DNA from: an uncultured archaeon
Lineage (GTDB): Archaea; Asgardarchaeota; Thorarchaeia; Thorarchaeales; Thorarchaeaceae
Direction of reading: 5' to 3'
Assembly: GCA_964558645.1 (NCBI GenBank)
Contig: CAZLEV010000022.1
Coordinates: 1 to 40,848, forward strand
DNA: 40,848 nucleotides
Shown here: piece after piece, positions 1 through 9,429 of the stretch
Layout of the letters: every line of letters begins with the position of its first letter
Numbering within the stretch: the stretch's first letter is position 1
Notes under the pieces: model-generated
Databases searched by the model: none
What the model was told of the DNA's origin: nothing
The model's input: the letters and a program-made list of their open reading frames with translations, nothing else
Program-made: the position numbers and the translations under genes

Positions 1-264
1 TGACTCCACGGAAAGGATGTCTAGAAGGACGATGGTATCCAGGAGGCGGCTTCTGTCGAATCGGAGTCAATTCAGAGAATGGTCGATATGTTCTCGTAAA
101 GCGAAGCAGTACATGTTGATGCTGGATTAATAGTCGCAATGCTATTACCGCTTCTGAATTATTCCTGGATGAATGCAGCAAAACCCTCGGCGCCCAATTG
201 GTACACTACTAGTTCCGGTAGTTCAATGACTTGACATAGACCTAGCCGCACCACCCTATAGTAT

Positions 265-1041
265 TCAAGGATGGCTGAGGATCCTGTCACGGAGTGCAGG
301 AGCACACGCCAAGGCTGAATTCCCGAAAGCGTTGGCATTTCCATCAAGGTCACCAAACCATCCTCCTGCCTCAGTTATGATTGGCATGAGGGGAGCAATA
401 TCCCAGATCTTCATGACTGGGTCAATCATCACATCAGCGCGGCCTGTCGCTACGAGTAGATAGCCATAGGCATCTCCCCAAGTTCTCAGAAAGCCAACTT
501 CGTTGAGAAGGCGATGTAGGAGGGCCGGTTTCTGTCTTGCCAATGCAGCCACGTCAGTGACATGAACCCAGGCACTACTCAGCGCAGTAGTGTCCGAAAC
601 GCGGCACTTGCTACCGCCATGAAAGCATCCCAGACCAGCTGCAGCCCCCACAGTTTCTTCCAGTGGTGGCACGTGAATAACTCCCAGCAAGGGCGCCTCG
701 TTGTATTGAAGGGCAATGAGAACTGCGTAGAGAGGAACGCCACGCACAAATGACTGTGTTCCATCAATGGGGTCAAGAATCCATCTGAAGTGCGACTCAG
801 TCTCTTTCTCTCCGTGTTCCTCGCCAAGAATCGAGTGTGAGGGGTACTCGGTCTCGATAGAATGACGGATGAGTTGCTCTGACTCTCTATCTGCCAGAGT
901 CACAGGAGTGTTATCTGCTTTCCTCTCAACATGAACAGACTTGCCGAAATACTCAAGCGTCAACTTGCCCGCCTCTTCTGCTGTATCTACTGCAAAACTC
1001 AATAGATTTCTCTTGGTCTTATCATCCAGTCCTTCGTTCAT
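265..1041 (-). CDS. hisN: Inositol monophosphatase family protein, probable histidinol-phosphate phosphatase (HisN-type)
   Basis: IMPase motifs KADNTPVTLADRESE, ILGEE, WILDPIDGTQSF and KIWDIAP, plus the HisN-like WGDAYGYLLVATG segment. Start moved to ATG 1041 (MNEGLDDK). Confidence 0.8.
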   Translation of the reverse strand: MNEGLDDKTKRNLLSFAVDTAEEAGKLTLEYFGKSVHVERKADNTPVTLADRESEQLIRHSIETEYPSHSILGEEHGEKETESHFRWILDPIDGTQSFVRGVPLYAVLIALQYNEAPLLGVIHVPPLEETVGAAAGLGCFHGGSKCRVSDTTALSSAWVHVTDVAALARQKPALLHRLLNEVGFLRTWGDAYGYLLVATGRADVMIDPVMKIWDIAPLMPIITEAGGWFGDLDGNANAFGNSALACAPALRDRILSHP

Positions 1042-1142
1042 TTCGAACAGTCGCCATCCAGAAAAAGAATCATGCAGCGCTGATATTTGGATTCTTTGCA
1101 GAGCCCCCGAAGTGATTGCCAACCTGGTATGAAGGACTCGTC

Positions 1143-3176
1143 TTATTCACAGATAATCAGCTTCTTCCCGGTTATCTCTCTGGAGGACCTCCCAATCAGA
1201 AGTTCAAAGCCGCCTGGCTCCAACTCCCATTTCTTGTCTGTAACATTGTAGAACCGCAAGTCTTGGGCCCTCACTGCTATGCGAGCATTAGCACTCTCAC
1301 CTGGTTCCAATAGTACCTTCTCAAATCCGACTAGTTCTTTTGGAGGGCGATCGACTGAAGCTTCCATGTCTCTTGCGTATACTTGGACAACCTCAGCGCC
1401 AGTCGATTCGCCAATATTCGTCACCTCAACATCAACAAGGATGACATCCTCCGGTCTGCTGACTGATTGTCTGTCCAATGAGATGTTTCCGTGCTCAAAC
1501 TCTGTATACGATAGTCCAAAGCCAAATGGAAGCATTGGCTCAATCTTCTTCTCATCGAACCAGCGGTATCCTACATAGATTCCCTCATCATAGTAGACTC
1601 TCTTTTCCGCATCACCGGGATAGTTCTTCCGATCCCCGGTGCTGTGGGCAGGAGAGTCTTCTAATCTCTTAGGAAAGGTCAGAGGTAGCCTCCCAGATGG
1701 ACTCACATCTCCGAAGAGTACGTTCGCGATAGCATGACCTGCCTCCATCCCTCCGTACCAGCACATGAGAACTGCCTCGACATCATCAATCCAGTCGTCC
1801 ATGACTACTAGGCTCCCTGCGATGAGGCAGACCACAGTCTGGAGATGGTGGCTAGCGGCCGCCTTGATCTCTCTCACTTGTCCGTCGTCCAGATGCAGAG
1901 ACTCTCTATCCATGGATTCAGAATCTCCCCCTCGTCCATGATTCAATCCCGCGAAGATGATGGCCACATCCGCTGGTTTGTTTCCACGAACTAAGTCAAC
2001 CTTCCCACGGCACCTCTCCTTCATTCCCTGCAATGGAGTCACTTCATATGGAGGGCTAACAGCAGAAGAGCCACCGTAGAGCAACCTGCCGAATTTCTTC
2101 TTCAGATTGGCCCCGGATAGACTAATCGAGTTCATTCTGCCCATATCAAGCGGGAGGAGATTGCCCTCGTTCTTCAGGAGTACCATACCCTCTTCGGCAG
2201 CATGACGGACAAGTTCTTGGTGTTCGGGAGTATTGCGTGAACCTTGACGCAATGAGTCAGGCTGATCGAACAGACCTGTCCGCATCATGGTGCGGAGATT
2301 CCTCCGAACCCGGTCGTTCAGTGTTTCCTCTGTGATTCTTCTCTCATTCAAGGCCTTCTGAAGGGCCTTCACATTGTATTTGGCTGGCCAAGGCATCTCA
2401 AGGGTCAGACCTGCGTTGAAACATCGTTCCGTAGACTTCGCATTCCGTGAAGCGAACCAGTCAGTCATGACCAGACCGTCAAATCCCCACCTGTCAAACA
2501 GAGTTTCCTGCAGCAGATAATCATTCTCGCAACCATACACACCGTTGACCTTGTTATAGCAGGTCATGATGGTCCAAGGCTTTGCCTCTTTCACTACTGC
2601 CTTGAAAGCACGTAGATAGATCTCATGCAATGTACGCTCATCAACCTCGGAGCTCGATGAACGCCTGTCAATCTCTTGGTTGTTTGCAGCATAGTGTTTG
2701 AGACAGGCCGCGACTCGCTGGCGCTGGACTCCTCTGACAAAGGGGATTGCCAACTCTTTGGTCAGGTACGGGTCTTCACTGAAGTACTCAAATGTTCTGC
2801 CGTTCAATGGTGTTCGGTCAATGTTGATGCCCGGTGCTAACAACACGTGACGCCCAACTGCCCGAACCTCTCTGCCCATTGCTTCACCCACCTGTTCCAT
2901 AAGCTCTCTGTTCCATGAGGCAGCTAGCGCGATTGTTGCTGGAAATCTCGTGTTCTTCTTGAACCCACTGGAATGCATGGCGACACCCAGCGGTCCGTCT
3001 GTCATTTTCAGGGAGGGGATTTCTAGTCGCTTGATGGGATCTGTGGTATACATCCGTAGTCTTCCATGACTGGCAAGGAGCCTGAGCTTCTCTTTGAGGG
3101 TGAGTCTTGAGAGCAGATCAGTCACTCTGTCCTCCAGAACCGCACAGTCATCGAGATAGAGAGGTTGAGCAGTCAT
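1143..3176 (-). CDS. Glycoside hydrolase family 3 beta-glucosidase (cytoplasmic, C-terminal Fn3-like domain)
   Basis: Motifs MTDGPLG, GRTFEYFSEDP, CLKHYAANNQE, nucleophile MTDW, VLLKN, PSGRLPLTFP, YDEGIYVGYRW, FGFGLSYT, EVVQVY. No signal peptide. Confidence 0.95.
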   Translation of the reverse strand: MTAQPLYLDDCAVLEDRVTDLLSRLTLKEKLRLLASHGRLRMYTTDPIKRLEIPSLKMTDGPLGVAMHSSGFKKNTRFPATIALAASWNRELMEQVGEAMGREVRAVGRHVLLAPGINIDRTPLNGRTFEYFSEDPYLTKELAIPFVRGVQRQRVAACLKHYAANNQEIDRRSSSSEVDERTLHEIYLRAFKAVVKEAKPWTIMTCYNKVNGVYGCENDYLLQETLFDRWGFDGLVMTDWFASRNAKSTERCFNAGLTLEMPWPAKYNVKALQKALNERRITEETLNDRVRRNLRTMMRTGLFDQPDSLRQGSRNTPEHQELVRHAAEEGMVLLKNEGNLLPLDMGRMNSISLSGANLKKKFGRLLYGGSSAVSPPYEVTPLQGMKERCRGKVDLVRGNKPADVAIIFAGLNHGRGGDSESMDRESLHLDDGQVREIKAAASHHLQTVVCLIAGSLVVMDDWIDDVEAVLMCWYGGMEAGHAIANVLFGDVSPSGRLPLTFPKRLEDSPAHSTGDRKNYPGDAEKRVYYDEGIYVGYRWFDEKKIEPMLPFGFGLSYTEFEHGNISLDRQSVSRPEDVILVDVEVTNIGESTGAEVVQVYARDMEASVDRPPKELVGFEKVLLEPGESANARIAVRAQDLRFYNVTDKKWELEPGGFELLIGRSSREITGKKLIICE

Positions 3177-3178
3177 TG

Positions 3179-3196
3179 CACATAGGTGTCTATGTG
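3179..3196. promoter_or_regulatory. Perfect inverted repeat CACATAG-N4-CTATGTG, candidate operator of the GH3 gene
   Basis: 7-bp perfect arms starting 3 nt upstream of the GH3 start codon (3176). Confidence 0.4.
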
Positions 3197-3348
3197 TGTC
3201 ACCTTTACTACTTTTCGAACATTCGGACAGGCACGAGTAGACCTTACATGGGAATTCCTTTATGAGTCAGAGGGCTTCGTTTCAGCCGCTAAACCCATTT
3301 CTGACGGGTTAGTCCACTGGCTCCCTGTTCCACGAAGGCGACCGATTC

Positions 3349-3783
3349 TCAATCCGAGTCGGAGCTGATGGATTCAGAGGCATCAATCAGGGATGCTGCA
3401 GTTAATCTAAGCAAATCCAGACGACTGTCGAGGATTTCATAGACCTGCGATAGGTCAATCGAGGCATAAGCGTGTACGAGCAGATTCCTGAACCGGGCCA
3501 TGAGAAGCATCTCCTGTTCCAAATGAGGCTTGAGGTACTCATGCCGACAGAGAAGCTGAAACACTTCTGCTCTGGTCTGAGGTATCTTGTGACCTCCCCT
3601 TCTCAGAATGTAGTTCCCTATGTCCGTCAAGGACTCTATGGCCACTTGCAGATTATGAAGTACCGCGTCGCTTATTCTGAAGTCCTGCACGAATTCTTCT
3701 TTGCTGGATCTCGACAGTACTGCAAGCTTTCTTAATGCGTCATGCAGATACAAGATTCTTGATTTGAGCTCAGAATCGCTCAC
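3349..3783 (-). CDS. HEPN (DUF86/HepT-type) ribonuclease toxin
   Basis: RNLLVHAY fits the Rx4H(xY) HepT motif; also LHNLQVAIESLTDIG. GTG start at 3783 overlaps the end of the MNT gene. Confidence 0.9.
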   Translation of the reverse strand: MSDSELKSRILYLHDALRKLAVLSRSSKEEFVQDFRISDAVLHNLQVAIESLTDIGNYILRRGGHKIPQTRAEVFQLLCRHEYLKPHLEQEMLLMARFRNLLVHAYASIDLSQVYEILDSRLDLLRLTAASLIDASESISSDSD

Positions 3784-4204
3784 TCGAATCCCCTCCTTTG
3801 ATAGAGATTGTGGCATCTCGGAACTGCCTGTCCAAGAAGTAGCGATTGTCGTAGTACTCTGACAGTGTGCGGATGACGAAGTCTTCGTATTCGCCCTCAT
3901 CACGAACCAGAAGTGGTATTCCAGACTGCACGGTGCTGAATTTCAATGCCGGGGATGACTCATTAAGGACGACTATATCTATGTCCTCTCTCTTCAAATC
4001 CATTTCCAGCGCTGTCCCGAAACTAAGCACTATTCGAAGGTTTTCCTGTTCACTGAAACTTGGTTCTAGATACACTGCAATGTCCACGTCGCTAAGTGGA
4101 CCTGCTTCGTTCTTGGCCTCAGAACCGATTAGCAGAGCGAATAGAATGGAGTCATCAGCATTACGCTTGATGGAGCTCTTCAGTTCATCCATTCGTGCAT
4201 TCAT
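3770..4204 (-). CDS. Minimal nucleotidyltransferase (MntA-type) antitoxin
   Basis: GSEAKNEAGPLSDVDIAV matches GSx10DxD; also IDIVVLNES. Overlaps the downstream HEPN gene. Confidence 0.9.
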   Translation of the reverse strand: MNARMDELKSSIKRNADDSILFALLIGSEAKNEAGPLSDVDIAVYLEPSFSEQENLRIVLSFGTALEMDLKREDIDIVVLNESSPALKFSTVQSGIPLLVRDEGEYEDFVIRTLSEYYDNRYFLDRQFRDATISIKGGDSSERF

Positions 4205-4434
4205 GAGGTTTCTCTCTCATCAGTTTCAGACTGTTCAAGTGCATATGAGGGTTTGTGAGTCTGCTGGGAGCTCCCAATGCGATAATCTGCACGACCTTAT
4301 GGTTTCAGGCGCCATGCATCGTAGCCGGTCTGATTGATTTCCAGAGAACCATGCGTGAACGTCTAAGTGCCATTCACTCTTTGAAACAGACCCATTACAT
4401 GAAATACTACTCTTATCTCAATCGGGCCATTGCT

Positions 4435-6471
4435 CTACACATTTCTCCTTCGGCGAAATACTTCCACCACAGCAATGAACCCGATGATAGCTGTTGCTGT
4501 AAGGACAATTGGCACTATATCAATCGGTGGTGGAATATACTCGCCTACAACATATGCATAGACCCCCATACGATTGAAATCGCCGAGTTTCTCCTCCACT
4601 CCAACATAGGCTAGCCCGTTGGTGCCAACCTCAAGGCCCCTTGGAATCCACCAATGGGGCTCAGTGATCGTGCTGTTGGAAATCAGCTCACCCGAGGGAC
4701 CAAACTTCAAAAGAAGAACCTCTGAAAGACTCTCGGAACCAACCCTGGGCTGAGCGAAAACGAGGACATGAACCATCCCGCTAGAATCCACCCTAATTGT
4801 GGGTCCAGAGAAGAGATAGCCTAGGTCAGATGTCAGCCGGTACGTGAAGTTTGCCATCCACTCGTACGACGGGATGCCGGGAGCAATTGTTCCGTTGTGC
4901 TTTGCAACCTTGAGGCAATAATCATCTGGTGCACCCACGGATGTACTGGAATACAAGGTGCCATTGGAGTCACAGTCGATCGATTCGCAGAATCCAATCA
5001 GACTCATATCATAAGGCGATCGAATCTCAATGGTATCCCAGAAGTCGACAAGGTACAGCCTCCCATCTAGGGCTATTTCGAGTTGGGTAGGTCTTCCCCA
5101 TGCGTAGTAGGACTCAGACTCATTCCAGAAAGCTGGCATCTTGACTACTGTGTTCCACAGCAAATCGCCTTCCCCAGAATAGGCTAGCATCTCTGACCAG
5201 CTGTTAGGGTATGCCGTTACGTTATCAGCCAGTATTCCATATACGAGGTACATTGTTCCGTTCGGCGCAACTGCTACTACAGGACTTCTGAGATGTGCCT
5301 CCGTGCTGTTCAAATACCTCTGCCAAATGACATCTCCAATAGAGTTCATCTTAACTGAGACAACAGTTGCCGGATCTTTTTCGAAACTAGTTCTACCGCT
5401 TATGTAGATATTCAGTCCGTCAGCGTTGACACTGCTGTATAGCAGGTCTCTTTCCATCACCTTGTACCACTGCAGGTTGAGGCTTGCATCCCACTTCGCC
5501 ACAATAGACCTCCTAATGATACCCGATTCACTCAGGTTCATGCAGTATCCGATAGTCACGATGGAGTTGTCCGAGAGGATTGTCATATCCCTCACTCGTA
5601 CGTCAACGCTTTCGGGCACATCTACGATTTCAGGTGGAAAGAACTCCTGCCCCGGAATCGCAAGTGAGTTGTTGAACATGACTTCTAGTGAGTCCAGCGC
5701 AGGCTCAGCAAGCCAAGTGTAGCAGATCATGCGCACGCTGTTGAAACTGACCGAAATAGACCCGTTGTAGGTCTGCCACGGGTGGCTTCCTACGTAGGAA
5801 TCGAAATTGCTGTTGGGTGCGAGTCCAATTGCAACGGTCATTTCGCCATCAGGGTCTTCACCGGATACTATGCCATCCCAACCAGCCTCAATGTCTTGTT
5901 CGCTCATAAGAAAGATTTCAGTTTTCGGCTCAGAGGAACCAAATGAGGGATATCTCCGCAGCTCGACCCAATCGCCAGACGGATCAATCAACCACACATA
6001 TACGTCGTACATTAGGTAGCCGACAGGAGTCTGGGCGAAGTCTCCCGCAATATCAACAGAGGCAGTGAACTCCATCAAGACCTTCTGAGGAACCACTTCA
6101 TGGTCCCAGATGAAGGACTGCGAGGCATAAATGAAGTCCAGGCAGTCGGGCAGTTCGGAATCGGGCTCTTCGTTCCATTCGAGCTCAGTGCCGGCAGTAT
6201 GGGTCCAGTTGAGTTCTATCATCCCACCGTTCCCTTCAGGAGGACGGTACACCGAGTGAAACTCTCCGGAGTTTCCGCTGATAGTGACCATGGGCTCGGA
6301 GTGAAACTCGGGGTCAGGGATTGGCTGCAAAATGTGCAGGTAATCCGTAGATCTTATGACTTCCGCTGAGGACTGATTCGACGCCGACTCTCCAGTTGCT
6401 ACGCTACCGAAGAATAAGAGCGCCAAGCATACTACCAGCGCCCCTTGTACATGCCTTTTCAACACACACAC
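4435..6471 (-). CDS. Secreted, C-terminally membrane-anchored surface protein (probable beta-propeller C-terminal half)
   Basis: N-terminal hydrophobic signal, acidic beta-rich body with repeated K/Y-x-x-x-G-x-x-x-W motifs, PPP linker, TM helix and RRRR tail. Confidence 0.8.
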   Translation of the reverse strand: MCVLKRHVQGALVVCLALLFFGSVATGESASNQSSAEVIRSTDYLHILQPIPDPEFHSEPMVTISGNSGEFHSVYRPPEGNGGMIELNWTHTAGTELEWNEEPDSELPDCLDFIYASQSFIWDHEVVPQKVLMEFTASVDIAGDFAQTPVGYLMYDVYVWLIDPSGDWVELRRYPSFGSSEPKTEIFLMSEQDIEAGWDGIVSGEDPDGEMTVAIGLAPNSNFDSYVGSHPWQTYNGSISVSFNSVRMICYTWLAEPALDSLEVMFNNSLAIPGQEFFPPEIVDVPESVDVRVRDMTILSDNSIVTIGYCMNLSESGIIRRSIVAKWDASLNLQWYKVMERDLLYSSVNADGLNIYISGRTSFEKDPATVVSVKMNSIGDVIWQRYLNSTEAHLRSPVVAVAPNGTMYLVYGILADNVTAYPNSWSEMLAYSGEGDLLWNTVVKMPAFWNESESYYAWGRPTQLEIALDGRLYLVDFWDTIEIRSPYDMSLIGFCESIDCDSNGTLYSSTSVGAPDDYCLKVAKHNGTIAPGIPSYEWMANFTYRLTSDLGYLFSGPTIRVDSSGMVHVLVFAQPRVGSESLSEVLLLKFGPSGELISNSTITEPHWWIPRGLEVGTNGLAYVGVEEKLGDFNRMGVYAYVVGEYIPPPIDIVPIVLTATAIIGFIAVVEVFRRRRNV

Positions 6472-6661
6472 TCGCGGGCAGTATGGAACTCAAGGCTTAT
6501 CTATCTTGCGTGGGAACTCCGTCTTCCGCAGTCTGTAGATAAAGAGCAGCTGTTCCCAGGTATCTCCTCTGACAAATGCATCTTGAGGTTGAACTCAAAG
6601 GAGTGGTGGAAATCTTATATGCAAAATCGTCTTGCCCTCACCTAAGAGGACGGAGGAGAAG

Positions 6662-6811
6662 ATGCGAAGCAAATACAGCTTTGTGAGCAGTGGACAGGTC
6701 TTCATTGCCCTTGGTATCACAGGTTTTACGTTCGACCCCCCATACTGGATGTTGTCAAGATACGGCTCCATACCGTTGATTGGATGTCGACACTCCCTAT
6801 TGGGTGCATGA
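6662..6811 (+). CDS. Putative 49-aa small hydrophobic protein (below the ORF-track cutoff)
   Basis: MRSKYSFVSSGQVFIALGITGFTFDPPYWMLSRYGSIPLIGCRHSLLGA, preceded by CTTATAT (6614-6620) and GGAGGAG (6652-6658). Confidence 0.35.
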   Translation: MRSKYSFVSSGQVFIALGITGFTFDPPYWMLSRYGSIPLIGCRHSLLGA

Positions 6812-6868
6812 TGAAGGTAACCGAATTCTTATAGGGCGCATTTAATATTGTTAATCTGTTGATGATTG

Positions 6869-7144
6869 ATGAACGAAAAATTCGACATAAAGGACACTAT
6901 TAACTGCGTCGGAAAGTCTTGCTCTGAGCTGGCAAAGATGACGAAAGAGGCCATGGAGGATATGAAGAAAGGCGAGTTGATTGCCGTTCTTTCGGACGAG
7001 CCCGATGCTGAGAGTGAACTGAAACATCTCGTTCTTGCAACGGACCATGAGCTTGTCCGAATCTTTGATGAAGACGATAACGTGAAACGCTATCTCATTC
7101 GCAAGCTCGAAAGGGATCGGGACATGCCCCCTGAAAACATGTGA
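6869..7144 (+). CDS. TusA/SirA-like sulfur-carrier family protein (non-canonical motif)
   Basis: INCVGKSC...MKKGELIAVLSDEP...YLIRK follows the TusA pattern, but CPxP is replaced by CSEL. TATA-like TTTAATAT at 6841-6848. Confidence 0.75.
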   Translation: MNEKFDIKDTINCVGKSCSELAKMTKEAMEDMKKGELIAVLSDEPDAESELKHLVLATDHELVRIFDEDDNVKRYLIRKLERDRDMPPENM

Positions 7145-7299
7145 TTCAGGACCAGGGATAGCGGCGTGAGTTGGAAATCCCCCGCCGCATAAGAAGATTG
7201 GCGGGAAGAAAACGAATCAATTAGCTAATCATCTCTCGATAGACATATTTTGTATTCCTCCTCTGATAACTCTCCGCATTCTCTTGGCAGGATACTGTC

Positions 7300-7589
7300 A
7301 TGCCAAGGATATACTCCGCGGCTCTGTTTCTCATTGTAGTAATGACTCTATTCGCACCACTGATTTCGATGGTCGTTACTCAATCCGTTCGTTCTTCTCC
7401 AGAGTCCCATGTATTCGTTAGTGACACGAAGAGGTCAAGTAGCAAACGACTACAACCACCAGCAGCACAACCACGACCCCAACGACCTCCTCTGATTTAC
7501 CTATTGACACAGATATGCTGATGATTCTGCTGGGTGCAGGAGCTGTCATCGTCACTATTATACTCATAGTGGTAGCGAAAAGACGATAG
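7300..7589 (+). pseudogene. Internally deleted, frameshifted surface-protein gene (signal peptide, Thr-rich linker and TM anchor only)
   Basis: The frame from 7300 encodes signal peptide MPRIYSAALFLIVVMTLFAP. A different frame (7443-7589) encodes QTTTTTSSTTTTPTTSSDLPIDTDMLMILLGAGAVIVTIILIVVAKRR*. Confidence 0.7.
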
Positions 7590-7939
7590 TTCCAGATCGG
7601 AAGCGATTAAGCTTCTGTGCTGCAACAAGATGCATCTGTTGTGAACCATCAACACATACACTATCTCAGGTTGGGTACTTCTGAAGATGCATCGGAATGG
7701 CAAGAAGAATAGCGAAAAGCTGCTTGGAGATTGGACACAATTGGACATCCTAGCGTAGGAGTCTATATCATCTAGCCCATCACTGCGAGCTGTTCACTCA
7801 CACAACATAACTTACGAAGACAGAACAGCCCCAGTCCTGTTACGTGACCGATGAATCTCTGGTGTGCATGATTGTCCAACTCATAACGAACGGCCTGCTG
7901 CAGTCTGCTCTATTGTGTCTTCAGTTGGCAGGAAACCTG

Positions 7940-9259
7940 TCACTCCTCGCATCTCAGTCGAGGATCGATGTTTCCAATATGATTGTTCCATGATTCGCGA
8001 AAGGCCTTGGACCTCCATACGTTATAGAATAGGAAGCCGATTATGAGCCAGCCTGCACCGATGAGGAGTGCGTTCGTCCCAAGGAATGGAATGAGAAGTA
8101 ACGGAGTGAGTATCCCGAAGTATGTGATATAGGGGAACAGCGGAACCTTGTAGGCTCTTTCTTTCTCGGCACATCTCTTTCTAAGCGCCAGAACCGACAG
8201 GCACACCATGGAGACCACCAGCATATACGCAAAATTCGATAGCTCGGCAATTGCTGTAGCACCCTCGGACAAAATGAGAACCAGGCAGATGATTGCAGTG
8301 AGCTTGATGGCATTAGTCGGCACATCTCTCTTTGACACCTTTGAGAACAGCTGTGGCAAGAACTGGTCTCGTGCGAGGGCATAGGCGTTTCTAGACGCTG
8401 CCATGAGTGCTATGTTCAAGGTGGAGAGTGTTGCAAGTGCGGCCGCAAAGAGGAGCAGTTCTCTCATGATGTCAGTCTCGAAGAACTGAAGAAGAGCAAT
8501 CTCCGGGTTGGTTATCTGTTCAACACTCACAGCTCCTGCAAAGACAAAGGCGAAAGATGTGTAAAGGATGCCTGATATAATGACTGCACCAATCAAAGCC
8601 TTGGGGATTGTGACCTTCGGTTCCTTCACCTCTGCAGAGATTGTTGTGATTGTTTCAAATCCAATATAGCAGAGAAAGACGAGGCTTGTGGCAGGCAGCA
8701 GTGCAAATACACCATTTGGAAACAGATTGTAGTACGTTGAGATGTCAGTTATGATTGCTCCTCGGGCTATGAATATGACGAACATACCGATCAACAGGGC
8801 GGTGACCAGTTTCTCAACTTCCACAACTCTCGTTATCCCTGAGAAGTTCACAGCTGTGAAAATCAGGAATGTTATCACGGCCACTGGGAGTGCCGGAATC
8901 ACTGTGCCGCTAGTTATGTACAATGCAAAGGCTGAAGCACTAAAGGATGCGTAGGCCATGTTCCCCATCCAGATCAGCCAACCAACATAGTATGCAGATC
9001 CGCCGAATGCTTCCTCAACGAAAGAAAACCCGCCACCCTCAACAGGATACATCGCGGCCATCTCGCCGTAGTGCATAGCGATTGCCAGGGCCAGGATGAA
9101 ATTGAAAATGAAAGCAATAATGACCGAAGGTCCAGTTATGGCAGTTGCGTCGCCAAGCAATACGAAAACACCGGCGCCGATGGTTGCACCGACACCAAGC
9201 ATTGTGAGCCCGAAAACGCCTATATTCCTATGAAATTCCTTCTCCTGGATAACTGACAT
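7940..9259 (-). CDS. APC family amino acid permease
   Basis: GATIGAGVF (TM1), YIGFETITTISAEVKEP (TM6), about 12 TM helices. Confidence 0.93.
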   Translation of the reverse strand: MSVIQEKEFHRNIGVFGLTMLGVGATIGAGVFVLLGDATAITGPSVIIAFIFNFILALAIAMHYGEMAAMYPVEGGGFSFVEEAFGGSAYYVGWLIWMGNMAYASFSASAFALYITSGTVIPALPVAVITFLIFTAVNFSGITRVVEVEKLVTALLIGMFVIFIARGAIITDISTYYNLFPNGVFALLPATSLVFLCYIGFETITTISAEVKEPKVTIPKALIGAVIISGILYTSFAFVFAGAVSVEQITNPEIALLQFFETDIMRELLLFAAALATLSTLNIALMAASRNAYALARDQFLPQLFSKVSKRDVPTNAIKLTAIICLVLILSEGATAIAELSNFAYMLVVSMVCLSVLALRKRCAEKERAYKVPLFPYITYFGILTPLLLIPFLGTNALLIGAGWLIIGFLFYNVWRSKAFRESWNNHIGNIDPRLRCEE

Positions 9260-9429
9260 AATTTTCGAGGAAACTGCGGATTAATATAATCTTTGCTTGT
9301 GGAATCGTGGGCGGAGCGTTGTCTTATCAGTTGCCAGACTCCTGTTGGGCTCTGCCAACCCAGATTCCAAAGGCGATAGAGTTATTATGAAATCTAAGGC
9401 CATTTCGCAGAAGGAGGACCTGTATCGCT

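Noticed and set aside
7440-7442. Pyrrolysine (TAG) readthrough explaining the anchor module
   Set aside because: That frame has further stops (TAG TGA) just upstream, and the signal peptide is in another frame.
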